Shown piece by piece: positions 12,629-26,047 of a DNA stretch of 64,000 nucleotides (position 1 is the stretch's first letter; each line of letters begins with the position of its first letter). The translations under genes were made by a program, and so were the position numbers. The DNA is taken from NCBI GenBank assembly GCA_002189035.1, contig CM007989.1:806001-870000 (forward strand), written 5' to 3'. The notes beneath the pieces are model-generated. The model saw nothing but the letters and a program-made list of their open reading frames with translations. It was not told the origin of the DNA and searched no databases. The stretch comes from Utricularia gibba (taxonomy: Eukaryota; Plantae; Magnoliophyta).

Positions 12629-14942
12629 TTATGAGGAAGAAGAAGAAGAAGCGGCCGCCAGCTTCGCCCGGAGCTCCTTCCTCAGGATCTTCCCGGCGGG
12701 GGATTTGGGGATGGCGTGGACGAAGTACACCTTGTGAAGCCTCTTGTAGAACACCACCTGAACCAGCACGCCACCCAGAAAGGAACTCCTTCAATAAATG
12801 GTAACACAGCCCTGCCTCAGTATTTTGGAAGGGGGGGCTTTTTACCTGCTTCGAGACGAACTCTTTCACTGCTTCTTCACTGAGTTGGAACCCGTTCTGG
12901 ACCACAAAGGCAACGGGTACCTCGCCAGCTGCCTCATCCTTTTGTCTGCGAGAGAGTTAATGCATTCAATGACAGCTTAGTGTGATTCAAGATTGCGATC
13001 TAGGGGGTTTTCTACTGTTGAAGAAATGAGGAATGGCAGCACTCACGGTACAACTGCAGCATCGAGGATGTCGGGGTGGGCGATCAGCAGCGCCTCCAGT
13101 TCCGCTGGCGGGACCTACCAGTCGTTTCCTTTGTTAGAATCATGGCAACCACCTCAGGATCTGTAACTAGAATACAGACGCTGTTTTGGGTACCTGGAAC
13201 CCTTTGAACTTGATCAGCTCCTTGGCTCTGTCGACGATGAAGACATCGTCATCATCATCCACGTATCCGATGTCGCCGGTGTGGAGCCATCCATCCACAT
13301 CGATGGTCCTGGCGGTTGCCTCCGGGTCGTTCAAGTAACCTACAGAAGCAGACCGCCATGGAATGGGATGGAGGTGTTGAAGTAACCGGGACTGTGAAAT
13401 TCGACACGGTGGCGCGGCTAACCTTTCATGATCTGATAGCCTCTGATACAGAGTTCTCCGGGATGGTTCCGAGGGACGGAGCAGCCGGTCTCTGGGTCGA
13501 TGACTTTGAGCTCGGCGTTTCTGATCACCATGCCGCATGAGCCGGACTTGGTCGGAAGTGGCTGCTTCGCGAACGCCGGGCACATTGTCAGCACCGGGCC
13601 GGCCTCCGTCATGCCGTAGCCCTGATTTTTAAAAATAAAAAAAGACAGGTCTGGCATGTTATTAAGAGAAATTAAGGGGGTGTTTTGGAAATTAAGAATT
13701 GTTTTTTAACAGTTAAATCGAAATAAAACAAAATCCAAGTGAAGAGCAAAAAGCTTTGGCAGTTTTATTCTTAGTAAATAAAAAGGGAGCATATAATTAT
13801 GGGTTCGGAAGCCGGACTTAAATGGCATGAAATAGTAGCTAGGTTGGTGGGGAGGAGGGGGGGGGGGGGGAGCGACAAATGCGGCGGCGTACCTGTCCGA
13901 AGACAACCTGCGGGAGGCGGCGGAGTAGCGCCGTCTCTAGATCCTTACCTAGCGGGGCAGCGCCGGAGTGCACCATGCGCACCGCGCTCAGATCGTAGCT
14001 ATCGACGATCGGATTCTTGGCCAGGGCCAGGACCAGGGGCGGCACAACGGCGGCGACCGTTACTTTGTGGCGTTGCATCAGATCGAGGAATGAGTGGATC
14101 TCGAACTTCGGAATCAGAAGAACGGCGGTGCCGCTGCGGAGGGAGCAGAGGAGAACCGAGTTCAGGGCGAAGATGTGAAACAGGGGCAAAACGCAGAGGG
14201 CAACGTCGTTTTGCTCCATGTATAAATTAGGGTTCTCCCCGTCCACCTGCTGTGCCACGTTCGTGATCAAGTTCTTGTGCGTGAGAATCACGCCTTTCGG
14301 TAGCCCCGTCGTGCCGGAGGAGAACGGGATCACGACGGCGTCGTTCGCGTCGATTTCAATTTCGCGATACTCATTCTCGTCGGCACCGGAAAGTTCAGAG
14401 AAGTGAACACACCCATCGCGCGCTCCATCAACGGTAACAACGGTAAAATCAGACCCCTCCTCCTCCTCCCTCAGTTTATCAACATAAATTGATTGGGTAA
14501 CCACAATCTTCGCCTTCGCTAACTTAAACTGCTTAAAAATCTCCTTTGCAGTGCAAAAGGGATTCGCCATTGTCATCGCAGCGCCGATCATGGAAGCACC
14601 CATTAAAGTGAACACAAATTCAGCGCAATTCTGCAGAAGCACCATCACAACGTCGCCTTTCCCGATCCCCAGACGGGTCAATCCGACGGCGACTCTCTTG
14701 GAAATCAAATGAGTCTCCGCATAGGAGTAAGTGTCGCCAGTGTTACCAACGATGAGGCAAGTCTTCTCCGCCACATTCGAGATGTTCTCGAAGCAGTAAT
14801 CATGCAGGGGACGGTTGTTGGAGATGGGGATCGCGGGGAGCTTGGAGATGAACACATGGGCCTCTTCATTCAACGGAGGCGATGAAGCTGCAGCAGAGTC
14901 ATGGCTCTGAGCTTCAACTTCCAGAGATGCAACAGACAGCAT
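12629..14942 (-). CDS. 4CL: 4-coumarate:CoA ligase, class II-like (flavonoid-associated type)
   Basis: Exons 14942-13893, 13621-13423, 13339-13194, 13114-13047, 12945-12846, 12758-12629. Box [23 protein letters not shown], Box II variant GELCIRG, GWLHTGD and catalytic [10 protein letters not shown]. The MLSVAS N-terminal extension is typical of class II 4CLs. Confidence 0.93.
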
Positions 14943-15029
14943 CTTGAGTTACAGAATCAGGAAGCGGTGGGAAGAAAGTCAGGGTTGTTGTGGAGCGATA
15001 AATAGGCCAAGAACAAGGGAGTTGTCTTT

Positions 15030-15063
15030 GGTTTGGTATGGGCTACAATTTCACTCTACCAAC
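15030..15063. promoter_or_regulatory. AC-element/MYB-site-like motifs in the 4CL promoter
   Basis: GGTTTGGT at 15030-15037 (ACCAAACC on the gene strand) and CTACCAAC near 15056-15063, just upstream of a TATTTA-like box near 15000. AC elements are established in phenylpropanoid promoters. Confidence 0.4.
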
Positions 15064-16100
15064 ATTTCCCTTATAAAGCCATTTTCTTTCCTTTATTATT
15101 ATTATTTTTTTTATGTTGAAGCTGGAAATGGATGACTAACCCTCTGAAATCTTGCTGTCATTGCAGTGGGCACCTCAGGGCTGTTTTTTTATGTAGGTCT
15201 CTTCTTCAGTGCAAAAGAAAAACAGACTGGTTCTTCCTATGGAAACTGATCTGTAAGCTGTCCATGGCCTCAAATTCAACTCTCTACTCTCTGTGTGGTC
15301 ACGTAATGAACAAAAAAGAAGTTTTTTTATTGCGAAATTTGGTACAATATTTAGGAAGAAAGGGATGTGTAGGAGGAGTGAAGACCCCACAAATGCAGTT
15401 GGGGCAAAGTGGCAATTAATCGCTAGTTTCCAGCATGCATTCAATGCGAGGGCATCATCGCCATCACAAGCTTGGGGAGAAGATGGGGGGAGGTGGCGCA
15501 GGCCATCTCTGATTAATTAATTTGATGATCTAATATAATCTAATCACCTTACCCCAAATAATTGACTCCAAAAGCAGCCACTCACCCAACTCCAAGGCTT
15601 AATAAATTCTTCAAATAGCCATTTTTAAATTCTGATATTATACAATAAAATAAATGGGGCACAGTTGAAACTTGAAAATACAGGTATTTATTATTCGGAT
15701 TTATTTATATCCAATAATTCGGATACAAATCCATGGAATATTTGGCTTTCAATTTCATTATTATATTTTTAAATTTTGAAATTCTCAATAATATTCTTGC
15801 ATTGATAAGCATCTTTTTATTTTTTTATTAAAATTTATTTTGGTGTGGCTAGTGAAAAGTTTATATTATATATTCCAAATTTAAATTAATATTTAATTAT
15901 ATTGAGCTATAATTTTTGAATACTGATAATTTATATAAATAACTTTTTAAATAAAAATTATTGCAAATTTAAAATTTAATTATAATATTAAGAAAATTTG
16001 AAACTAAATAGAATCGGATTTTTCAAAATAAATTGAAACCCCTACTTGAAAGTGGGTTTGATGATGGTACAGGAAACAGACGCTACATCCTTCATTGAAT

Positions 16101-17326
16101 TCACTTTCTTTCAGCGGCAAGTTTCTTGCGGAGCTCAAAGGCGGTATTGAATATGCCGTTCGTCGGTTGGTTGCACACGAAACACTTCTTGTTCTTTGCA
16201 TGGTGCTGCGGGAAGCATTGAAAAGGGTCATTGTCAGCTGATCGTACGCTTCGGTGCAGAAAAAGAGAGGTTTACCTTGAGGGCGCAATGCTCGCAGAAA
16301 TAGTGCTTGCATCGTGTCACGACTGGATCAACGAAGGGTTCTCGGCAGATGAAGCAGGCGAATGGTAGCGCATCTTCATCATCATCATCATCGTCTCTAT
16401 CTGGGCCTGTTTCATCATCAAGATCCTTCATACCCATGGCTAACTTCTTTGCTCTTTCCTTCTGCTTCTCCTCCCATTCATTCTCGAGTTGCCAGCCTGA
16501 TTTATAATCACCACGATCGTGCAGAAACTTGCATGAGTCTCCGTAACCACAATAACCGGTTTCTTTATAGTCTTTGCAGATATCAGGTTGATAGTCGAAC
16601 CTAGCAGACACTCTTATGTGAGCAGAGGCTCTTAGTGGTCCATGCGCTCCACCAGCTTTCTCACTGGAAATAGTTTGCTCTCTCCTAAACCCGGCCTTGT
16701 AATCTGTGTACCCGTGAATGCCCTTGTACAGTTTCTCATCACCATCACTCTTTTCCTTCCCTTTCAGTGTCTCTTGAGCTTGCTTCAGAACTCTCTCTCT
16801 TATGGCTCGAGCATCCCTTGAAAACTCTGTCTCCGTTTCCAAAGTGGCGGTGGCCCGGCTATCATTCTGAACTTGGATTTCTTTCGAAGACTCGTACTCA
16901 AAAAAACTCCCCTTTGTTTCCTGCGCCTTTGTCTCTTTCAAAGTCTTCATTGGCCCACTTGAGAAATGTAATTTGTTGTCCGCCACTATTTGTTTCTTCT
17001 TCCGGAGCACTACTGAGGTCTCAGCATTAGAATCTTCATCCCCACCTTCATTTTCCTCTGTGGCAGTCCGTCTGCGAATGTTCTTGCCCTTTGAAGGCTT
17101 CCTGAAAAAATTACAAACTGAACACAGCCGCTGATAAGCTAGGTGAAGATAGAGTCATTGCGTTGTAAATAACAATGACTAAATAACCGAATGATGGAAG
17201 GCAACATGATTAAACCTCTGATTGTGAATGCTTCAGAAGTTAATGAGACAACAGCAGTTAGCACATACCAGGAGTGTTTTCATCTGTGTTAGCAGTACCA
17301 GGGGCTCCGGCTTCAGGATCCGCCAT
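16101..17326 (-). CDS. CWC24: CCCH plus RING zinc-finger spliceosomal protein, CWC24/RNF113A homologue
   Basis: Exons 17326-17269, 17117-16276, 16205-16101. Motifs [47 protein letters not shown] and [42 protein letters not shown]. Confidence 0.93.
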
Positions 17327-18255
17327 GGCAAACGTTTCTGTACACCAAATGAGCTAACGGGATCAAAATCCTAAATCAAACATAACACATCCACTTCAAG
17401 AAACCCATCCACACAAGAGAAAAAATCTTTGGCAACCGGCACAAAGAACTAAACTTATAAAATATAGCCAAGTCCCTTACCAGCTGTCGCGAGGAAAACG
17501 CGAACTCCATAACTCAACAGGAAAATACCAAAAATACTCGCACGAAAGCACTGAATCACAACAATTCTAGAACCAAAACCAAGAAACAAAAAGTAACTAA
17601 TCAAGTTCAAATTATCGATTCGAAAGACAATATCATACCTGATGACGCTGAAATCAATCACGAAACCACTTATACAGACAACCCTGGATGCTCGCACCTA
17701 GCAATAGCCCTGAAGAACAGAGATTCAGAAGGAGAGATTTAGGGCTCAAAAGAGTCAATTTGGAACGGATCACAGCCCAGAATTTCCTGGGCCAAGCCTT
17801 TTATAGTGGACATGGACCCAACTCGAACCTTCTGCATGGAAGTAAGTGAAATGACCAAAATACCACTACAAATAACTATTTTTGATGTAGTCCCCTGGAC
17901 AACGGCTGGCGTGACGCCATGGTTGGCTTCTTCTTCCTCTGCTGATCATCGGATCGGACTCTGTTTAACCGACGGCGATGCGGCAGGCCGCAGTCCATAA
18001 CGCCCCAACTACCAGAAGATCGCGAGATGGAAGTAGCGACAAGCATTTTTGTTACCAAGTGTTTGGCTTTTCTCCTCCCAAAACAGTGCTGCCTTTATGA
18101 GCATTTATGTCCCTCGGACCGAATGGATCGGAGGAGTGGAGGTTGATTTTCACTAGAAAAACTTGTGAACACGAAGCTGTATCTATATAAAGCCCTGGTA
18201 ATGTACTCTTGCTAATCAGGACAGAGACATGCTTGAACTTCACAAAAGGAAAAAA

Positions 18256-19878
18256 ATGGCGTACTTGCCCGGGAAAGAAGTAGCGGTGATTGCTCTTCTT
18301 GTAATGGCGATTGGGGTTTCTCAAACCAGGGGTGACTGCGCGTTTGATGCTATTTTCGTGTTCGGGGACTCAAACTCCGACACCGGGGGTTTCTACTCCG
18401 CCTTTCCGCCTCAGTCCCTTCCCTATGGGATGACCTACTTCAACAGGCCGACCGGACGCGCCACCGACGGCCGAGTTTTCGTCGACTTCCTCGGTTTGAT
18501 TCCCATGCTGCTCTTTGATGTTTATTTGTGTGTATACATATCGGGCATGGAATGAGATGCGACTCCTATGGTGCAGCGCAAGGTCTAGGACTACCGCCGA
18601 CGACCCCGTATCTTCAATCCATCGGATCCGATTTCCGGCACGGCGCCAACTACGCTACCTTGGCTTCCACTATTATTCAGCCGGCGACTTCGTTGTTCGT
18701 CACCGGAGTCAGCCCCTTTTACCTGGCTATACAGATCAATCAGATGAAGTATTTCAAGGCCAAGGTGGATGAACTTCATTCCCAAGGTAGAGCCCCTAAA
18801 ATTCTTCCAATTTAATCTCTACATTTTCATGGTGTTGAAATTAAATATGCAATAATTAAGGTTCAATTACATAATAAATATATATCATGTTAGAAAAAAT
18901 TAATTAATATTAATGATATACAATTTATTATATATTTAATCATTTCATTTTCAAATTATGATGAGAAATTATTTGTTTTAATATCTCCTCTCAATTCGAA
19001 TTGAGGTGACACGTTTTTTTCTCAGATCAAACCAACGTTCCTAAGCCAGACATATTCGGAAAAGCCTTGTACGTAATCTACATAGGTCAAAATGATTTCA
19101 CCGGGCTAGCTGCCTCAGCCGGTCCCGGCGGTGTGAGGGCGGTTTTCCCACAGTTGCTCTCCGGAACCGCTACCGCCGTTAGGGTCAGTTTTATAAAAAT
19201 AAAGACTACCTTTTTTTATATATAATACGTGCTGTTTGGTGCTATCGATTGTTTACTGATTACAGGAGCTCTACTACCTGGGAGGCCGTACGATAATGGT
19301 GCTCAATCTGGGTCCGGTGGGATGCTATCCTGCATTCCTTGTTCAATTTCCTCATTCTCCAGCCGATCTCGACGCCGGCGGCTGCATCAGATTCTACAAC
19401 GACGCCGTAAACGACTACAACTATCAGCTGAGGAACACCCTTCATCAGCTCAGAGGGGAACTCGGTGATGCCAATATCATCTACGTCGACACCTTCTCCG
19501 TTCTCAACGAGCTTTATCATAACCCCACTGCCCATGGTCTCGCTTCGTTCCCGTTGAGAATCACCGTTGCTCAGCTCAACACACGTATAAATTGATTGGT
19601 TTTGTTTAGGTTTCCGACACGGCACCACGGCTTGTTGTGGGTATGGCGGCGGCGCGTACAACTACGACCCTCGGGTTTTCTGTGGGTCGACCCGGGAGAT
19701 CGACGGGATAACGGCTACGGCGGCGGCGTGCGGAGATCCGGAGAACTACGTGAGCTGGGACGGAATTCATGTGACCGAGGCTGCTAATAAGCAGATGGCG
19801 TACAACATTCTCGCCAGCAGAATCTTTGAGCCTTCCTTTGATCTGAGCAAGTACTGTTATATACACCCCATTGGTTGA
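18256..19878 (+). CDS. GDSL esterase/lipase (secreted)
   Basis: Exons 18256-18493, 18577-18786, 19026-19183, 19266-19536, 19610-19878; an alternative in-frame ATG lies at 18229. Signal peptide, FGDSNSDTGG, GRATDGR, IGQNDF and catalytic SWDGIH. TATA box CTATATAAA near 18183. Confidence 0.92.
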
Positions 19879-20699
19879 TGCGGTGCGGACAAGACTGATA
19901 TTGTATTTTATAATAATAAAATAAGGATGTAGTTTGGGGTGACTCTCTTGTTATAGTATTAGTATAAATAATTTAACCTCTAAATTTTAAAATTTCATTA
20001 AATATCCTTCAATTTAATTTTTTTGTAAATAATTTACTTTTGAATTTATGAAATTATATATTTAATCATGTTATTAAAATTAATCGATTTTAATATTAAA
20101 TAATATCTATAATTTCCAATTTAATTCCCCAAACTCAAAAAATCATGAGACATAAATACAACATAAGGCTAATAATGAATTTTGATCCATCAAACTTCAT
20201 ATATGAATACGAAAATCTCTATCATGAAATTTTGTTGTATTTGAAATCAAAATTGATTCATGATGTTATGTATCGTTTTACTTTTTTAAAAAAACTTTTG
20301 AAAACCATTTGAATGTTAGTTGCACTGTTTTAATAATTTGAAATGTGTTTTTTACAATAATTAAACTTGAGATATTATTTTTATATTTTTCTTAATAAAA
20401 TATTCTGTAAAAATCCATTAAATCTCCGGGTAATTTTTGAGAAAATGCAACATTTATGGGCTGACGTGTGCAATTTGCCCCTAAAACAGGGGGTTTTAAA
20501 TAAATAAAATAATTTTAAAAATATCTGGAAATCTGAAATTATCCCAAACATGTGGCCTTATCCACTCCTCAAGAAATAAATGGTTCCCTGCAACGGAAAA
20601 AACTCCAGCCGTCTAGAAGTCTAGAACCTTCGCGGGAGAATTTTCAGCCACAAGGATTGAAAATCGGCGTGCGCCTCCGATCATTTCCGGCTGCTCGAA

Positions 20700-21823
20700 A
20701 TGACGATTTTGCTGCCGTCGCCGAGGATTTCGTCTTTGGTAGGGAGGGAGTTGCCCGGCAGAGTTTCTCCGGGAGTCGGAAGAGGAAATTCTCGAATGAT
20801 CGTTTGTTCAGGTGTTAAGAGCTTGGAGAAAGCTTCGACTAAGTTACCCGTTGATAACGATGATGATTTAGCCGTACGGTGGCTGTACGGGCTGGTGAAG
20901 GAGAGCGAGGCCGCGGCGCCTAGTCAGACGATCGAGATGAAGGAAGAGGAGAGGAGGAGGCGGGAGTATTACGTGAATACGGGTTACGCAATTCGAACCA
21001 TTCGAGAGGAGTTTCCAGAGCTTTTCAATCGAGATCTGAGCTATGATATTTATAGGTATTTGTGAATTTCTTGCTTAGTTGCTGTTTGATTACTGTGCCG
21101 AGTTCAAGTTAGGGTTATTTGGGTTTTTTTTTTTTTTTTTTTGAACTGGTCACATGTTTTTCGTTCTGTTTCTGGTGGAGAAGATGAGAGATCTGCACTG
21201 AAACTCATCTCCAGTTTATGCTGCATATGAATCTTAAGAGTGTAAATGTATACGCAGTGACAGTTTTTGGATAGGATTGCAGATGTTTTGGAATTGATGA
21301 TGGATGAACCCTTGTATATGCTTTGCTCAAGAATCATGTTTCATAGCTCAATTGATGAGTTAATCTTCTGCTTTTCAGGGAGGATATTGTATTCAAGGAC
21401 CCCATGAACACATTTTCTGGAATAGAGAACTATAAGTCCATCTTTTGGGCTTTAAGGTTTTATGGGAAGATCTTCTTCAAGGCCATATGGGTTGATATTA
21501 TAAGCGTATGGCAACCTGAAGAGAACATGATACTGGTTCGCTGGACCGTGCATGGGGTTCCATGGATTCCACTCGGTGAGAGCCGCAGCAGGTTTGATGG
21601 CACTTCAGAGTACAAGCTTGATAGGCATGGGAAGATATATGAGCACAGAGTTCATAACATTTCCTTAACCGGACCCCAAAAATACCAAATTCTATCCGTG
21701 AATCAGTTGCTTCAGGCCGTCGGATGCCCCTCCACCCCAACCCCAACTTATTTCCAACTGCCCTCGTCATCCGTCAACCGAACCATCGACCCCTCTGCAC
21801 TGAGGTGCGAAGGTGAAGGGTGA
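20700..21823 (+). CDS. DUF2358 (SnoaL/NTF2-like fold) protein with probable plastid transit peptide
   Basis: Exons 20700-21055 and 21379-21823 join as DIYR/EDIVFKDP. Family motifs YYVNTGYAIRTIREEFPELF, NTFSGIENYKSIFWALRF, VRWTVHGVPWIP and FDGTSEYKLDRHGKIYEHRVHN. Confidence 0.85.
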
Positions 21824-22357
21824 AAAAAAAAGGAACATGAAGGTTGGTGCAGCCCAAGTTTTGAAACTTTTACCACGGTATATGTAGTATGTAGAGTGTG
21901 TAAAGTTGGAATTTGAGTGCTTCCTGTCTACATGTGTATGCTCAAATGGCTTGTAAGTTGTAACAGTCTGCTGCATAGTACTAAATTCTTAATAAAGTAC
22001 AAGGTGAAATGCCTTGATATCACTGTCAGAACACCTGATGTGCATATTTTTTCAGGATAGGAGGCGCATGAACTACATTTAAGTCATTGTGCTTATCAGG
22101 TGGCCCTCCTACTAACTGAGGAACATACTAAAGGGTTGTGCCTAATCAAGATTTGTGGAAGCGGATAAGAATGAGCATAGAGAAACATTTGGTTTTGTTT
22201 GTTACTAACCTCTCAGATGTTGTTGTTGGGTTGTTCTTCAGCAACCCCATGTGGTTCTCCTCTGCTGTTGTCACCTGGTTTCTTCTAGCCAGTATAAAGC
22301 GCTCGTCTGCATCATCTTCAACCCCATCTTCTTCTCTCTTGAACCATCTTCTTAGCC

Positions 22358-22966
22358 ATGGAAGAAGCCTCCCACCCTCTTGCAACCGAGAGCTTTTCCT
22401 ACAGCTGGTTGATCCAAGGAAATCCCGCACCGGCATCGGAAGGGGGTTTGGATGACAGGGAACAAAATTTCGATTTCGATCTTCCACCTGAAGCATCGGA
22501 CAATGGTACTGCTCTTACTGATGAGATTTTCTCAGGCGTCGGAATAGTGACACCTCACTCAGGAAAACCGTCGAACACCTGGAGCTGCAGCCGTCGTTCT
22601 GTTTCTCAAAGTCGATCCTCTGTTTCTTCATACTTGTTCCCAGCAAGCAGAAACCAGTCATCACCCCCGCTCAAATGGACATGGAAGGGCTCCTCCAAGA
22701 AAATCTTGCACGATTGCTTCAGATTAGTGAAGCCGCTGATGAGGTTGTCGAGAAAGAGCAGCAGAGTTGACGACATTGGGCGCAGAGTATGCGAAATTGA
22801 GAGCTCCTCTTATTCCCTGAAAAGGGCTAGAAGCTGGACCGTAACTACCCAATACCAGCCAGGATTAAGCGCTTTTCCCCAGAGCAAAATCCGCTGCGAC
22901 TTGGATAGCTCCATCGATGAAGCGATCCTTTACTGCAAGAGATCCATAAGCACAACACTTCCTTAG
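22358..22966 (+). CDS. MAKR6: Membrane-associated kinase regulator, MAKR6-like (intronless)
   Basis: 202-aa ORF with N-terminal PLATESFSYSWL and C-terminal DSSIDEAILYCKRS (BKI1/MAKR family tail). TATA-like GTATAAAG near 22292. Confidence 0.75.
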   Translation: MEEASHPLATESFSYSWLIQGNPAPASEGGLDDREQNFDFDLPPEASDNGTALTDEIFSGVGIVTPHSGKPSNTWSCSRRSVSQSRSSVSSYLFPASRNQSSPPLKWTWKGSSKKILHDCFRLVKPLMRLSRKSSRVDDIGRRVCEIESSSYSLKRARSWTVTTQYQPGLSAFPQSKIRCDLDSSIDEAILYCKRSISTTLP

Positions 22967-23385
22967 GTAGCATCCCTCTGCTTACCTGAATCTTGAGTTT
23001 GTGTTCCAGTTTTGATCGCCGATGCGTTTCGCCCGAACTTCAAGTGCTTGCATGCACCTGAATTTGAAGTACCAAGACAGTTTCGGAGAACAACTCGAGT
23101 CCGATCGAAATCCTCCCCAGTCCCCACACATCGTCGTCTGCAGCTGACCATCTGTCGAGTCTGATTTCAAGAACGTGTTGTTCCTGATGAGACTGCTGTG
23201 GAGACCCGGCATTCTGTTACATGGCAGTTGCTAGAGAGGGCGGAGGATCCATCAAGATATGTGGTTCTTGGGCCGTTTTGGGCCTGGGTTGGATTTGGCC
23301 CGTAGTGAAGTCCACGAAGGGATTCCCAGTTTAGCTTTCGATCTCAACGACGCCGGAAGATGAATTCTGGTGAAGGTTCGATTGT

Positions 23386-25554
23386 ATGAGCCCTATGGAT
23401 CCGATGCGCGCTCCCGTATTCGGTCACGGACATCCGCCTTACTTTCAGTTGCTGCCGCCGCAGCTGCCTCCACCGTTGCCTCAACCGCCGCCCTTGCCAG
23501 TGCCTTCAGCCTCTTTCTGGACTGCGGCGAATGTTCAAGACCGACTCAGGGACCTAAGGAAGACCCTTGGGATGGCCATAGGATTGTAAGTAGATTTATG
23601 CAACGATGAACTATACTCGGAGTAATGTTATCTGGAGATTTCATGAAAAAGTACTGTTGTTGTTTTTTCCCTTGTTTATGTACAATCATCGATGATTTCT
23701 TTTCGGGGATATATGGTTGAATAATCAGATTCCATGTGCAATATTTTCGAAGTATTTGTGCATCTTTTGGTCGTTTTCTACTCCATTAGAATTCCACACA
23801 TGCTTGAATTTGATGGAAGCAGGAATGAGAACTGGAAAATCTTCTATTTTGACGCATTTTCATGACGTTTTTTCTGTTTCTATTAGAACTTGATTTCTAT
23901 GTAGTGAGTGTCTGGGTGATATTGAGCTAACTTTTGAAGGCAGAAGGAGTTGGAAATGCTGATTAAGCTGAAAAGCGGTGTGGGTGCTGAAGGTGGAGGC
24001 AAAGAACATGATGACGCATCATTAGACATGCTTTCCAAGTTCATGTCGCACCATAAGATTGGAGTAGAATATCAGGAATCTTTCTCACTAAACGCTGCGA
24101 ATTCCATTATCTCAAAGCTACGGTTTCAGTTGGAGCCGTTCAGAGTAGCTGTTGATGATAGCACTCCATGGGAAGAGAAATCTGCTCTAACAAGGTTGGC
24201 TGATAAGGCAGAGAAGCATAAAAGAAACAAGCTTTGGCGAAAGAGAAAGAGAAGAAGGATAGCAGAAAAATTAGCAAAGGAGCGCGAGCAGTTTGATCAA
24301 GTTAATAAGGAAGCCGATGAGTGGAGGGCACGGGAGATTGCGCAAGAGAATGCTCAATACAAGGTGCAGACCTCTGATACTCTTTTTCCTTGTATACAAT
24401 TCATCATTTTGCGTTTCCTCTAGTAATATTTTCAATTTTTTTAACTGGTGCCGTGGATTCTTCATCATTTCTAGTGATGTCATATTTTTTGTAGATAGAG
24501 AATATGAAGGAGATTGCTCGGAACAAAGCTAAAGAAGAGAAAAAAAGACTTCAAAGTGAGGTGAGTGCTACTGCAGGATTTGCTACTAGTATTCAAATGT
24601 CTCAAGGCTCTGAAACTTGAAACAAATAATATAAAACGCCTTGGTAACCGTGTGCTATCCCTGATTTGGTTGAAGTACTATATAACCATGCAATCTTCAA
24701 ATTTCAGCTTGACTTGGTCTTAATTGTTGAAAAGTTGCAAGAGTTGCGCAAAATCAGGATAGAGAAGCTGAAGAAACAAGGTGAACAAGCTTTCCATATA
24801 TCTCCGCGTTTTTTGGGGTTTAGAATTGGTGTAAAATTTGCAATCAAGCTGCATGCTAAGATCAGTGCACTCCAATGGTCAGGTCATTTCCTTCCAGAGG
24901 AGGATGACAAGTTCCTTGAACGAGTTAGGGCGGCAGTTGAAGAAGAAGAGCGTCAGTTAAAAGCTGCCGCTGATACAGGAGCTGCTAAAGATGCCATTGC
25001 TGCTGCCGAGGAATCAAGGAAGACTATCAGCATTAAGAGCCAAGCTGTGGAAACAGACGAAAAAGAACTCAACACACCAAGTGAACACCAAAAGAATGCC
25101 ACAAAGGTAGATACCATGAAAGGAGGAGAAGAACCCGGGACTCGTGGAGAGTTTCCAGAAAGCTCCTACAACTATGTTTCTCAATTACCCTTGGAATTTT
25201 ACCATTATTATCACGGCAGCAGTACGGATCTGGGTACACTTATTGAGGTAATTCGGTGCATGGAAACTTGCCTGACTGTAAATTCGCCATCATGGCCTAT
25301 CTTGTTGAGGAGACAGTAAGAGTATTTTCTGTTTGATGCAGGTAAGAAGACAGTGGGATGCGTTTCTAAGACCTGGTGGAAGGTATTTGAAGTTTCATTC
25401 ATGCAGCGCGCACATGTTTGTTACCAGTGAAACCATCTGTTTTGACGAACTAAATCCTAGTCTATGTTACCTGTGCAGCCGTATACCAGGGCACTGGGTA
25501 CAACCACCACCCCCTGCCGACGATGTATGGGCATCATCTCTGGTCAGAAGATGA
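23386..25554 (+). CDS. SNRNP59: U11/U12 snRNP 59 kDa protein (minor spliceosome)
   Basis: Exons 23386-23585, 23940-24363, 24495-24560, 24708-24780, 24883-25247, 25342-25382, 25479-25554. Pro-rich N-terminus, KRNKLWRKRKRRR, VEKLQELRKIRIEKLKKQGHF and C-terminal IEVRRQWDAFLRPGGSRIPGHWVQPPPPAD..W. Site II motifs at 23269 and 23279. Confidence 0.85.
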
Positions 25555-26047
25555 ACGCCTGGATGACCTGTTAGTCTCTGTCTGTAAGCCTTATGGCAAG
25601 GTGTATATATATCCCCCCAAGGACCATTTTGCATTTACTACGAAGGATTCAAAAACCCATGGAAGAGGAAGAACCCGGTGAGTTTGTGCCATGATATGTG
25701 GTAAACTGTAGCAGTCTATCACATGTCTCCTCTCTGGCTCCTGAAGGAAAAATGAAGAGTCAGGTAGTTTGAACAAGTTACTGTGAATCTGATCTGAGCA
25801 TCGTCGGTTCTGAAAGACCATGATCCTGATTTTTCTTCTGAAAGAGTCTCAGGTTTCCGAGTTCACAACGCAAATGCGGGGGAGAGTGCAGTGGAACCAC
25901 TTTTGACATATTGAAATATCCACAGCCTACAATCCATTTACACAAGAACCGTGCAACTGAAGAGAGGAGACAAAGCAATACTTCAGACGACGCGAACATG
26001 AAGATGGATCCTGTGTATCATCTGGATCAGTCACTGGCCCCAGGTGT

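Noticed and set aside
13799-14406. Plus-strand ORFs (143 aa, 62 aa) inside 4CL
   Set aside because: Antisense frames that stay open because of the GC-rich codon usage of 4CL.
17876-18100. GC-rich patch between CWC24 and the GDSL gene
   Set aside because: None of the six frames gave a convincing family match. A WTAACRIAVG resemblance to kinase subdomain VIa is too short to support a call.
19931-20135. MITE bounded by AGTTTGGGG / CCCCAAACT
   Set aside because: A 9-bp inverted match only, with no duplication of flanks, in very AT-rich DNA.
22146-22496. 116-aa minus-strand ORF overlapping the MAKR6 start
   Set aside because: It is the complement of the CT-rich MAKR6 promoter and 5'UTR (TATA near 22292), which explains the R/E/K-rich translation.
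22963-23212. Possible antisense transcript with a strong donor (TCAG/GTAAGC near 22997)
   Set aside because: A lone donor motif with no supported acceptor or recognisable ORF; expected by chance.
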